A stretch of DNA of 64,000 nt from an uncultured Clostridia bacterium (lineage in GTDB: Bacteria > Bacillota > Clostridia > TANB77 > CAG-508): positions 19,128 through 83,127 of the forward strand of contig CALWZW010000003.1 in assembly GCA_944386135.1 (NCBI GenBank), read 5' to 3'. Made by a program: the position numbers and the translations under genes. The notes beneath the pieces are model-generated. The model searched no databases, was not told the DNA's origin, and saw nothing but the letters and a program-made list of their open reading frames with translations. This document shows positions 1 to 11,100 of this stretch, piece after piece. The first letter of the stretch is position 1, and the number at the start of each line of letters is the position of its first letter.

Positions 1-1073
1 TTGGAAAATCAACCCTTATACTACAAATATGCGATAAGATAAAAACATCAAAAACAGTACTTTATGTCTCTGGAGAAGAGTCTGCAGAGCAAATAAAATT
101 ACGAGCAGACAGATTGAAAATAGATAGAAACAATATCATGTTTTTTGGAGAAACTGATATTGACTTAATAGAGAGTGAAATAGAGAAACAAGACCCAGAA
201 CTTGTAATCATAGACTCAATACAAACTATTTACTCAGATAAAGTAGAGTCAATGCCAGGAAGTACAAGTCAACTAAGAGAAATAACATCAAGAATAATGA
301 GAATGTGTAAAGAAAAAAATGTAACAACAATAATTATAGGACATGTAACAAAAGACCGGAAACATCGCAGGACCAAGAGTATTAGAACATATGGTAGATG
401 TTGTTTTATACCTAGAAGGAGAAAGATATTTATCATATAGAATACTAAGAGGTGTAAAAAACAGATTTGGTTCTACAAATGAGATAGGTATGTTTGAAAT
501 GGAAGGCGAAGGAATGAAAGAAATAACTAATCCTTCGGAAGTACTTATATCAGAAGGTGATGAAAATCCAGCTGGTTCTGTAATAGTTTCAACAATAGAA
601 GGAACGAGACCACTTTTAGTTGAACTTCAAGCATTAACAACAAATACTTTGTTTGGGTTTCCAAGACGTACAGCAAATGGAATTGATTTTAATAGATTAA
701 CTCTTTTAATGGCAGTTATAGAAAAAAGAGCAGGAATAAATCTATCAAATCAAGATGCATACTTAAACGTAGTTGGAGGAATAAGAATAAATGAACCAGG
801 AATAGACCTAGGAATAATCTTAAGTGTATGTTCAAGTTACAAAAATAAGCCTATACCAAATGATATAGTAGTAATTGGAGAAGTTGGACTAACACGGAGA
901 AGTCAGAAGAGTTAATATGATAGAAAAACAACTTAAAGAAGCGGAAAAATTAGGATTTAAAAAATGTATTATTCCGGAAAATAATAAAAAACTATTGAAA
1001 GAAAAATTTAAATTAGATATAATAGGAGTGAAAAATATCAAAGATGCAATGAAAGGGGTACGGACTACTATGA
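1..1073 (+). CDS. radA: DNA repair protein RadA/Sms (5' end cut by window edge); needs three CGGN +1 steps
   Basis: Translation [33 protein letters not shown], followed by a Lon-like C-terminal domain. Skipping the C at 357, 895 and 1061 gives HVTKD-G-NIAGP and GLT-G-EVRRV, and a TGA stop at 1071-1073 that overlaps the disA ATG. Confidence 0.9.
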
Positions 1074-2149
1074 GAGAAGATAAACAAGACATCATAGCTA
1101 ATATGATAAAAATAGTAGCGCCAGGTACTGAAATAAGAGCAGGACTAGATAATATATTAAAAGCAAAAACAGGAGGATTAATTGTAATCGGAGATTCAAA
1201 AGAAGTATTAGATATAGTAGACCGGGCGGATTTAAGATAGATGAGGATTATACGGCAGCAAGATTATATGAACTTGCCAAAATGGATGGAGCAATAGTAC
1301 TAAGTAGTGATTTAAAGAAAATACTATATGCTAATGCACAACTTATACCTTCTCCAACTATCGAAACACAAGAAACAGGAACAAGACATAGGACAGCAGA
1401 AAGAACAGCGAAGCAAACAGGAGAAATAGTTATAAGTATATCACAAAGAAGAAATGTCATAACAATATTTAAAGGAAATATACGATATCTTTTAGAAGAT
1501 ACTTCAAAGGTTTTAACAAAAGCAAATCAGGCACTTCAAACATTACAAAGATATAAAAATGTATTTGATGAAAAATTAATAACATTGAATGAATATGAAT
1601 TTAATGATATAGTTTCTTTGGAAAATGTAATAACTGCGATTCAAAGGGCAGAAATGGTAATGAAAATAGCTGAAATAGTTCAAAGACAAATATATGAACT
1701 AGGAGAAGAACGGTAGACTAATAGAAATGCAACTTGAAGAAATAATTGGAAAACTTGAAAAAGAAGAATTGCTAATAATTAAGGACTATATGGTGCAAGA
1801 TAAAAATAATACAGAGAATGACATACTACAGAAAATAATTGCATTATCTCAAGAAGAATTATTATCTTCTGCAACGGTCGCGAAAATCTTAGGATATGGA
1901 AACTTCGACAATTATGATGAAGTAGGAGTATATACTAAAGGATATAGAATATTAAATAAAATTCCTAGAATGCCAAATAATATTGTAGATAATCTAGTAA
2001 AAACATTTAAATCTTTCCAACATATTTTATTAGCAGATATACCAGAACTTGACAAAGTAGAAGGAATAGGAGAGATAAGAGCTAGGACAATAAAACAATC
2101 TTTGCAAAGAATGCAAGAACAATTTGTGTTTGATAGGATGCTTATATAA
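1070..2149 (+). CDS. disA: DNA integrity scanning protein DisA (diadenylate cyclase); needs three CGGN +1 steps
   Basis: [36 protein letters not shown] (DAC domain), with a C-terminal HhH region ([16 protein letters not shown]). Extra C at 1223, 1227 (GAC-C-GGG-C-GGA gives D-G-G-F) and 1711. Corrected length is 1077 nt, 359 codons. Confidence 0.9.
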
Positions 2150-2166
2150 AAACAAAAGAGGTGGTA

Positions 2167-2658
2167 ATGTTGAGAAACGAAAAAGGAATAACGATATTAA
2201 TTTTAACAATTACAATTATATTAATGGTAATATTAGCAGGAGCAACAATAAATTATGGAGTAAATTCGCTAAATGCTGCAAAATTCCAAAATTTTAGCTA
2301 TGAATTGCAACAAATACAAGGAAAAGTAGATAGCATTTACGAGAAAATAAAACTTGGAGATGAAAGTTACATAATACTTGGAAACGAAATAACAGACTCA
2401 GAAAAAGCAATGAATACATTAAATATGGTTAAAGGGATAAACTATTTGAATATATTAGACTCACAAAGAGACCAGTATTATTATCAAGAAAATTTTTCAT
2501 ATTATAGATATTTAACAGAAGATAATTTAGAAAATATTTTTGATATAACAAGTAACCCAGGAGATGTAATAATTAACTTTACTACAAGAGAAGTTATTAG
2601 TGTAGATGGCTTTGAATATGAGGGGAGAACATATTATACTTTAAGTGAACTAAATTAA
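2167..2658 (+). CDS. Small secreted or membrane protein with a pilin-like N-terminal hydrophobic segment
   Basis: N-terminus MLRNEKGITILILTITIILMVILAGA resembles a prepilin leader plus hydrophobic helix but lacks the canonical Glu5. An RBS (agagg) lies upstream of the ATG at 2167. Confidence 0.5.
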   Translation: MLRNEKGITILILTITIILMVILAGATINYGVNSLNAAKFQNFSYELQQIQGKVDSIYEKIKLGDESYIILGNEITDSEKAMNTLNMVKGINYLNILDSQRDQYYYQENFSYYRYLTEDNLENIFDITSNPGDVIINFTTREVISVDGFEYEGRTYYTLSELN

Positions 2659-2675
2659 TGGAAGGAAGAAAGAAA

Positions 2676-3473
2676 ATGAACAAAAAAACAGTAGCAATGA
2701 TAATTGCAATAGTATTAGTAGTTATACTAATTGGTACAGTTTGCTATGGATACTTTATGAAAATGACAAATAAAATAGAACATCCAATAGCAACAATCAC
2801 GATAGAAGGATATGATGAACCAATAGTTGTAGAGTTATATCCAGAATATGCTTTGAATACTGTAAAAAATTTCATAGCACTTGCAAATAATGAATTTTAC
2901 AATGGACTTACAATACACAGAGTAGAAGAATATGTAATTCAAGGTGGAGATCCAAACGGAGATGGAACAGGAGGACCTACATTAAGCGCAATAAACAGTA
3001 GTATAGTAAAAGATTCTGACCAAGATACAGAATATTCAATAGTTGGAGAATTTAAAGCAAATGGATATACAGATAATACACTTACTCACGAAAAAGGTGT
3101 TATTTCTATGGCAAGAACTAATTATACATCAATTTCATCAAGTCTAGTTCAAGAAAGCTATGATTCAGCTGGAAGCCAATTCTTTATCTGCATGGATTAT
3201 TGCCCAAGTTTTAATGGATACTATGCAGCATTTGGAAAAGTCACAAGCGGATGGGATACATTAGATGCTATTTCTAAAGTAGAACTCAAAACAGAAGTAG
3301 ACGAAGAAACTGGAGAAGTAACACAAACCACAACTCCAGCAGAAACAATTACAATTAGTAGTATAACAGTTGATACAAAAGGAATTAATTATGGAATGCC
3401 AGAAACAGTAGAACCATTTGATTACTATTCTTGGTATATGAGCCAAATGTATAATAATAGTAGTAGCAATTAA
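2676..3473 (+). CDS. Membrane-anchored cyclophilin-type peptidyl-prolyl isomerase
   Basis: N-terminal TM helix followed by cyclophilin motifs (FHRV-like TIHRVEEYVIQGGDPNGDGTGGP, SMARTN, GSQFFI). Start moved to the ATG at 2676, which follows an internal RBS. Confidence 0.8.
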   Translation: MNKKTVAMIIAIVLVVILIGTVCYGYFMKMTNKIEHPIATITIEGYDEPIVVELYPEYALNTVKNFIALANNEFYNGLTIHRVEEYVIQGGDPNGDGTGGPTLSAINSSIVKDSDQDTEYSIVGEFKANGYTDNTLTHEKGVISMARTNYTSISSSLVQESYDSAGSQFFICMDYCPSFNGYYAAFGKVTSGWDTLDAISKVELKTEVDEETGEVTQTTTPAETITISSITVDTKGINYGMPETVEPFDYYSWYMSQMYNNSSSN

Positions 3474-3526
3474 AATACTTTTAAAGGCGGCGAGAAATTG
3501 TCGCCTTTAAAGATAGGAGAAAACTT

Positions 3527-5291
3527 ATGATAGAAAAAATCAATGTGAAAGTACTTGCAATAGTTTTAGTAATAGCAATAGTATTAGGTATAGGAATATT
3601 TATTACAGTTAGAACTGTTATTGAAAATACTGACAAAAGTTATGAATTAGAAAGAATTTCAGAAGTAGATTATAAATATTTTGTAGTATTAACTGAACGG
3701 AAAATATGGAGTAATAGATGGAAGCGGAAATATGATAGTTCCAAATAACTATATAAATATAATTATACCAAATCCTACAAAAGCCGTATTCATAGTAACA
3801 AATGAAAATGGTGAAACTAGTGTGGTAAATGAAAAAAATGAAAAAATATTTACTGAATATAGTAATGTTCAACCTATCGAAACTGATGGTACAGTTACAG
3901 AGTTACCTTATGAGAAAAGTGTACTAAGATATGAAGAAGATGGCAAATATGGGTTAATTGATTTTTCTGGGAAAGCTATAACAAAGGCTATATATGATGA
4001 AGTATCTTCTGTGAAATATAAAGAGGGAGAAATCCTTGCAAAAAAAGATGGAAAATATGGAGTAATTAACAATAAGGGAAAAGAGTTAATAGATTTTGAG
4101 TATGAAGAAATAGAAGCTGATAAATATTATAGTGACAATGGATATTCAAAATCAGGATATATTGTAAAAGTTACAACAGACGATGGATATAGATATGGTT
4201 ATATTAATTCTGAATGGAAACAGGTATTAAATACAGAATATACAAGCATAAGTAGAGTATTAGATATAGATAGTAATGATATATACCTAATAGTATCAAG
4301 AAATGGACAATACGGAGTTGTAAAAAATAAAAATGTAGCAATAGATTTTGCATATCAGTCTATTGTATATAATAAAGATACAAATCTTTTTAAGGTTGAG
4401 AGAAGCGGACAATATGGAGCTGTAAATATAGACGGAGAGACTATTCTAGATGTAACATATAAAGCAATTAACTTTAATGGAAAATATATTTTAGCACAAT
4501 CATATACAGAAGATATGTATTTTAACCAAAAAGGTGAAAGAATAGAAAACACTTATACAGCAATGATTGAAGTTCCAAATATAGAATATTGTATAACAGT
4601 AGATGCTAACAATCTATATGGAATATTAAATGAAAATGGAGAAGAAGTAGTAAAGAACGAATATTTATACATAGAGTATGTATTTGATAAATATTTTGTT
4701 GCATATAAAAGTGGACAAGGTCTAGGTGTAATTGATAAAGATGGAAATATTTGCATTGAATTTGAATATGATGTTTTAAGTAAAATAGGAGATTATAATC
4801 TACTTAAGGGAGTAGATATGGAAAGTAATGTAACAGACATTTTTTCAAATGATATGACAGAGATACTATCAGTAGAAAATGCAACATTAGATATAAAAGA
4901 CAACTATGTGAAAATATATAATGCAACTTCGATAAATTACATAACAAGTAATGGAGAACAGAAAACAGAAAAAGATATTTTAGTAGACAATACTCTATTT
5001 GCAGTAAATAAAGACGGAAAATGGGGCTTTGAAGATAAAGATGGAAATGAAAAAGTAGAATGTGTATATGATTATGTGACAGAATTTAATAGATATGGAT
5101 TTGCAGGAATAAAGAAAGATGGACTATGGGGAGTAATTGATGAAGAAGGAAATATAATATGTGAATGCAAATATAACTTTGACATGGGCAATGAAGAAGA
5201 AGTTGTAATGCCTGAATTTATTGGAAAATATTATAAGACATATAATGAAAACAATGAGATATATTATTCAGATGAAATTGAAGAGATATAG
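3527..5291 (+). CDS. WG/KWG-repeat protein with N-terminal TM anchor; one CGGN +1 step
   Basis: Repeated GKYG(V/L)I(D/N)..G motifs throughout. The two ORFs 3527-3748 and 3732-5291 join when the C at 3698 is skipped (LTE-G-KYGVIDGSGN). Corrected length is 1764 nt. Confidence 0.75.
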
Positions 5292-5315
5292 AAATAAACT
5301 AAAAAACAGTTTTTT

Positions 5316-5346
5316 AGATAGTATTGAAAAATACTATCTTTTTTTA
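5316..5346 (+). terminator. Rho-independent terminator after the WG-repeat gene
   Basis: 10-bp stem agatagtatt/aatactatct with a gaaa loop, followed by a T-run. Confidence 0.7.
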
Positions 5347-5387
5347 GAAAAATTTTCTAAAAATACTAAATCTTGTACTGTCAATCA

Positions 5388-6941
5388 TTTTTGAAAATGT
5401 TTCAAAATTTTTTAAACATTAGCACTAATTTTTTTAAGAATTAGTGCTAAAATTTTGCAATCAAGAAACATTTTCTAAAAGTATTTTTTGTTTTTCGACA
5501 AAGCTATCGAAAAGTTTTAGCTTCCATGGATGGCTCATTGGTGGAATATATATTTTTTTAGGTTTTGTTTCCACAATGTCATCAAAATTCTCTGAAATAG
5601 CTTGGACTTCTGGTATTTCATTCAATGCAAATACTGTGTCATTTACTGTAGCATAAAGCTTTTGGTCAAATGATTTAATCACAATACAAGTAGTTCCATG
5701 ATTGAAATAAATAGGTGTATTAGCTCTGTTTACGAGTTGATAATATTTGTTGTTGTATTTAATAGAATGTCCTCTGTCAATGATTCTTTTACACAATACT
5801 GCTAAAATTAAATTAATTTTTTTCTCATCTGGTTGCTTTTCAAATACAGATTTGTTATGATTAATACATAGAGCAAACTGTTTATTGAATTTTTTAATGT
5901 ATTGAGATAGGAACTGGTTGGCTTCTTCAATAGTGGTAATATTTGCTAATCTAAGTTCTTGGGGTAAACGTTGTTGTAAAGTTTGAAAAGCCCTTTCAAT
6001 ACGAGGTTTAAATTCAGGAACAGAACTTGTCTCAAGCTGAATGACTAATTGGGAACAGGCATAAGCAAATTGAGTAAAGGTATCTTCTTCTAACAGAGAA
6101 GAGCCTTTTCTTTTGCATTCAAATACAGTTCTTTTGTCTGTTTTAAACTTGTAAGGAATACCATATTTTACCAATATTTGTTTTGTAACATTGTAATATC
6201 CATTTAAGGTTTCTTGATAGTCGAAGTATAAACCAACTAAATTACCAGTTGCATCATCAATGGCAGCATGTAAAGAGGTTTTAGTATTACCAAACCAGAG
6301 ATGTAAACAAGCATCCATCTGTATTTCTTCACCAAAATATTGACATCTAGGTTGTCTAGGGTGTGCATCTTCTATGGCAACAATATTAGCTTGTATTTTT
6401 TCTTTTTCTAGTTTTGATTTAGCTCTTTCCTGTTCACGTAATAATTCTTGTCTTAATTTCTTTCTAGTAGAATTATGACTTCTAGGAGAAAGAATATATC
6501 TATCCCTTAAAATTACTCTAACTTCATCTATTGAAAGAAAAATATTTTCTCTTTCTGCTAAAAATTCAGTAAATACCGTGTAATTACAATCATAGTATTT
6601 AGATAGATATAGTTGTTCAATTTCGTTTTTTAATTCATCAGATAAAGCTCTTGCTGGTTTTCTACCACGGTTACCATGAACAAAAAATTCCTTACCTTTT
6701 TCTTTGTAACCAGCAATCAATCTGTCGATATGCCTAACTGAACAACCTAATTTAATTGCAGCTCTTTTCTTATTGCCATTTGTTTCTATTAATTTTTTAA
6801 TAACTAGATATTTTAATTCTTCTTTCATTTTTAACTCAACCTTTCTCATTTGTACCTCCAGTAAAATATATAACTTTTTAATTATATATTTATACTTTGA
6901 AAATACAAACACTAATTTTTTAGTTGAGACATTTTCTAAAA
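5388..6941 (-). mobile_element. Insertion sequence, about 1.55 kb (boundaries approximate)
   Basis: Single transposase gene flanked by imperfect inverted repeats: tttt(t)gaaaatgtttcaa at about 5388-5406 and its reverse complement ttgagacattttc(t)aaaa at about 6924-6941. The target duplication was not resolved. Confidence 0.5.
5461..6849 (-). CDS. DDE (rve/integrase-core) transposase with N-terminal HTH
   Basis: MRKVELKMKEELKYLVIKKLIETNGNKKRAAIKLGCSVRHIDRLI (HTH) followed by an rve-like core (EEIQMDA..HAAIDDATG..KTDKRTVFE). The organisation resembles ISNCY/IS481-type elements, but the family is not certain. Start set at the Met that follows the RBS ggagg. Confidence 0.8.
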   Translation of the reverse strand: MRKVELKMKEELKYLVIKKLIETNGNKKRAAIKLGCSVRHIDRLIAGYKEKGKEFFVHGNRGRKPARALSDELKNEIEQLYLSKYYDCNYTVFTEFLAERENIFLSIDEVRVILRDRYILSPRSHNSTRKKLRQELLREQERAKSKLEKEKIQANIVAIEDAHPRQPRCQYFGEEIQMDACLHLWFGNTKTSLHAAIDDATGNLVGLYFDYQETLNGYYNVTKQILVKYGIPYKFKTDKRTVFECKRKGSSLLEEDTFTQFAYACSQLVIQLETSSVPEFKPRIERAFQTLQQRLPQELRLANITTIEEANQFLSQYIKKFNKQFALCINHNKSVFEKQPDEKKINLILAVLCKRIIDRGHSIKYNNKYYQLVNRANTPIYFNHGTTCIVIKSFDQKLYATVNDTVFALNEIPEVQAISENFDDIVETKPKKIYIPPMSHPWKLKLFDSFVEKQKILLENVS

Positions 6942-7093
6942 TGAATTATTAAGACATTATCATAAATGAATTAGAATTAAATTTACAAATTCTATTTTAA
7001 CTATTGACTTTAAAATTAACTAATGATACAATCCAAAATACATTAAGAAACAAGACATAAAAAATAAATTTTTGGTAAAGAGGAGGTGAGAAT

Positions 7094-7883
7094 ATGGAGG
7101 AAAAAATTTTATATGCAATAGGAGAGCTAGGGAAAAGTCTAAATGAAAAAATAGACAGTGTTGAGAAAAACTTAAATACAAGAATAGACAGTGTCGAGAA
7201 GAGCTTAAATGAAAGAATAGACGGTGTTGAGAAGAACTTAAATGAAAAAATAGACAATGTTGAGAAAAACTTAAATGAAAGAATAGACAGTGTCGAGAAG
7301 AACTTAAATGAAAAGATAGACAATGTTGAGAAAAACTTAAATGAAAGAATAGACAGTGTCGAGAAGAACTTAAATGAAAAGATAGACAATGTCGAGAAGA
7401 GCTTAAATGCAAGAATAGACAATGTTGAAAAGAACTTAAATGAAAAGATAGACAATGTCGAGAAGAGCTTAAATGCAAGAATAGACAACGTTGAAAAAAG
7501 CTTAAATAAAAGAATAAATAAGGTTGAAATAAGTTTAAATAATAAGATAGACAACGTTGAAAGAGTTTTAACCTTTAAAATCGACAATTCTAACAATGAA
7601 CTAGATGGAAAAATCATGGACCTAGCTGCAGGTGTTTATGAAGCAAACACAAAATTCGAAGAAAAATTTATGAAAGAACTTAACGAAACAAACGAAAAAC
7701 TAGACATTTTAAGTAAAGAACTAAACGAATTAAAAGTAAAAACAGAAAATGGTTTTACAAGTGTTCGGCAATCTAATACATACAGTAACAAACAATGTTG
7801 CAATTTACATAGAACAGAATAAAAAAGAACACGAAGAAAACCAAAAAGAGCATGAAATGATTAAGAAAGCAATAGGCATGTAA
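7094..7883 (+). CDS. Coiled-coil protein built from 11-residue repeats; one CGGN +1 step near the 3' end
   Basis: About 14 tandem units LN(E/A)(K/R)ID(N/S)VEK(N/S). Skipping the C at 7766 (GTT-C-GGC) extends the frame to a TAA at 7881-7883. A strong RBS aggagg lies upstream. Confidence 0.7.
7139..7600 (+). repeat. 33-bp tandem coding repeat, about 14 units, with a 66-bp higher-order alternation
   Basis: Direct reading of units such as gaaaagatagacaatgttgagaaaaacttaaat. Several neighbouring units are nearly identical. Confidence 0.9.
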
Positions 7884-7940
7884 AACTAATTTTATTCTAA
7901 AAAAGCAAAGATTCTTTTGCGAAAAAACAAAAATGGGGGC

Positions 7941-8006
7941 AAATAGATGCCTTATAAATGATTATCAAAACAGTAGATAGTTATTTATAAGGCATCTATT
8001 TTTTTC
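7941..8006 (+). terminator. Rho-independent terminator (long stem)
   Basis: aaatagatgccttataaat ... atttataaggcatctattt followed by ttttt. Confidence 0.7.
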
Positions 8007-8106
8007 TTTGATATCATTTTTTTGTATATTTTTGTATACTTGTCGCAAAAAATGTGATATAATATCTACGTTAAATTTATGTATACAATTATTTTGGAGG
8101 TTGTTT

Positions 8107-11100
8107 ATGGTAAAAAGAATTTTTGTACAAAAAAAAGAAGGTTATGATGTAGAAGCAAAAGGAGTACTAGCAGATTTAAGAGAAAATTTACAAATATCTA
8201 GCCTAGAAGATGTAATCATATTAAACAGATATGATGTAGAAGGTATAAGTGATGAAGTGTTTGAAAAAGCAAAGAACACAATTTTTTCAGAACCACAAGT
8301 AGATGTATGTTATGAAGAAGAATACAAAAAAGATGCAAAAGATACAATGTTTGGAGTTGAATATTTACCAGGACAATTTGACCAAAGAGCAAATTCATTA
8401 TCAGAATGTTTACAAATTGTAGCAGGAGGAGAAAAATTACCTGCTAAATCAGCAAAAATTTATATTCTAAAAGGAAATTTAAGTGAAAACGATATAAAAA
8501 GAATTAAAGCATATTTAATAAATCCAGTAGATTCAAGAGAATGTTCACTAGAGAAACCAGAAACATTAAAAGATGAAATTCATGAACCAGAAGATGTGAA
8601 AGTCGTAGAAGGTTTTATAACTATGACAGATGAAAATGTAAAAGAATTTTATGAAAAATATGGCTTTGCAATGGATATAGAGGACTTAAAATTCTGCCAA
8701 AGATATTTTAGAGATGAAGAAAAAAGAGATCCTACAATGACAGAAATGAAAATGATTGATACATATTGGTCAGACCACTGTAGACATACTACATTTATGA
8801 CAAGGCTTGAAGTAATAGATATTAAATGGGATTTATTAGAAAAAATATTTGAAGATTACAAAAAATCAAGAGAATATGTATATGAAAATAAAAAGGCAAA
8901 AGATATATGCTTAATGGATGTAGCAACAATAGCAGTAAAAGAATTAAAGAAAAAAGGACTACTTAAAGATTTAGACGAATCAGAAGAAGTAAACGCTTGT
9001 AGCATTAAAGCAAATATATTAGTTGACGGAAAAGAAGAAGAATACCTAATAATGTTCAAAAATGAAACACACAACCATCCAACAGAAATAGAACCATTTG
9101 GAGGAGCTGCAACATGCCTTGGAGGAGCAATAAGAGATCCACTTTCAGGAAGAGTATATGTATATCAAGCAATGCGTGTTACAGGATGTGGCGACCCAAG
9201 AAAAACAGTTGCAGAGACACTTCCAAATAAGTTACCACAAAGAAAATTAACAAATGAAGCAGCAAGAGGATATAGCTCTTATGGTAATCAAATAGGACTT
9301 GCAACAGGACAAGTTGCAGAAATATATCATGAAGGATATGTTGCAAAAAGAATGGAAATAGGAGCATTAATTGGAGCTGCTCCTGCTAAAAACGTTGTAA
9401 GAGAAAGACCAATTCCAGGAGATGTAGTAATTCTACTTGGTGGAAGAACAGGAAGAGATGGATGTGGAGGAGCAACAGGTTCTTCAAAAGCACATAATAG
9501 TAAGTCACTTGCAACTTGTGGAGCAGAAGTACAAAAAGGAAATGCGCCAGAAGAAAGAAAAATACAAAGATTATTTAGAAATGAAGAAGTTACAAAACTT
9601 ATAAAAAGATGTAATGATTTTGGAGCGGGAGGAGTTTCTGTTGCAATAGGAGAACTTGCAGATGGACTAGAGATAAATCTTGATAAAGTTCCAAAGAAAT
9701 ATGAAGGACTTGACGGAACAGAACTTGCAATATCAGAATCACAAGAAAGAATGGCAGTTGTTGTTGCAAAAGAAAATGCAGATAAATTTATGAGCTTAGC
9801 AGAAAAAGAAAATCTAGAGACAACAGTAGTTTCAAAAGTTTCTGAAAATCCAAGAGTAAAAATGTATTGGAGAGGTAAACTAATTGTTGATATTAGTCGT
9901 GAATTCTTAAATACAAATGGTGATGTTAAGAAAAGCAATATAACAGTTAATAAACCTGATTATCAAAATAGCTATTTTACAAAAAATAATGAAAATAAAG
10001 ATATAGAAAAAACTTGGAAAGAAACAATACAAGACTTAAATTGTTGCTCACAAAAAGGATTAGTTGAAAGATTTGATAGTTCAATCGGAGCAGGAACAGT
10101 ACTTATGCCATTTGGTGGAAAATATCAACTTTCACCACAAGAAGGTATGTGTGCAAGAATACCTACATTAAAAGGTTATACAAATACAGGAACAATAATG
10201 ACTTATGGATATAACCCAGAAATAGCTATGTGGAGTCCATTCCATGGAGCAGTATATGCGTTAATAGAATCAATCACAAAATATGTTGCAATAGGCGGAG
10301 ACTACAAAAAAGCATGGCTTACACTTCAAGAATATTTTGAAAGATTAAGAGATGATGCAACTAGATGGGGAAAACCATTTGCTGCATTACTTGGAGCATA
10401 TTATGTACAAGAAAAATTGAATATAGCAGCAATAGGTGGAAAAGATAGTATGTCAGGTTCATATAATGAGCTAGATGTACCACCAACACTTTGTTCTTTC
10501 TGTGTAGGTACAGTGGATACAAATATAGTTGTATCAAGTGAGTTTAAAAAAGCAAACTCAAAGGTTGTAATATTAAAAGCAAAAATGGATAAAGATTTCT
10601 TACCAGATTTCGAAGATTTAAAAGAAAACTACGAATTAGTGCATAAACTAATAAAAGATAAAAAAGCTATAGCTGTTTCAACAGTAAAAAATGGCGGTAT
10701 AGCAGATGTTATTACAAAGATGTGTATAGGAAATAAAATTGGTTTTAAATTTGAAAGTGATGTAGATGTATTTAAACCAATGTACGGAACATTTGTAATA
10801 GAATTGAGTGAAGATGTTGAAAATGAAAAATTAGAAGTTTTAGGTAAGACAATTGAAAAAGAAGAAATACAAATAAATGATATAAAACTTAACCTTGATG
10901 AACTTATAAAATTATGGGAAGAACCACTTGAAAAAGTATTTCCAACAAAAGCAAAGGAAATAAACAAAATTTGTGAAAATATTGTAAGTGATAAGAAATG
11001 TACAATAGTTGCTACATCAAAATTTGCAAAACCTAGAGTATTTATTCCAGTATTCCCAGGAACTAACTGTGAATATGACTCAAGCAAAGCTTTTGAAGAT

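Noticed and set aside
917-1240. A RadA C-terminus-DisA fusion ORF suggested by the ORF track
   Set aside because: It arises only if the CGG at 1061-1063 is read as a triplet. Skipping the C gives a normal radA stop at 1071-1073 overlapping the disA ATG, the usual two-gene arrangement.
7139-7600. Regular 33-bp periodicity as a possible CRISPR array
   Set aside because: The units are contiguous with no unique spacers. They lie in one long ORF with an RBS and encode an 11-residue protein repeat. No cas genes are nearby.
6997-7617. Antisense ORFs of 206 aa and 152 aa (FSTLSIL... and HLSSSRHCL... repeats)
   Set aside because: They are low-complexity mirror images of the plus-strand repeat gene, with no RBS. 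The plus-strand frame has the RBS and a sensible coiled-coil sequence.
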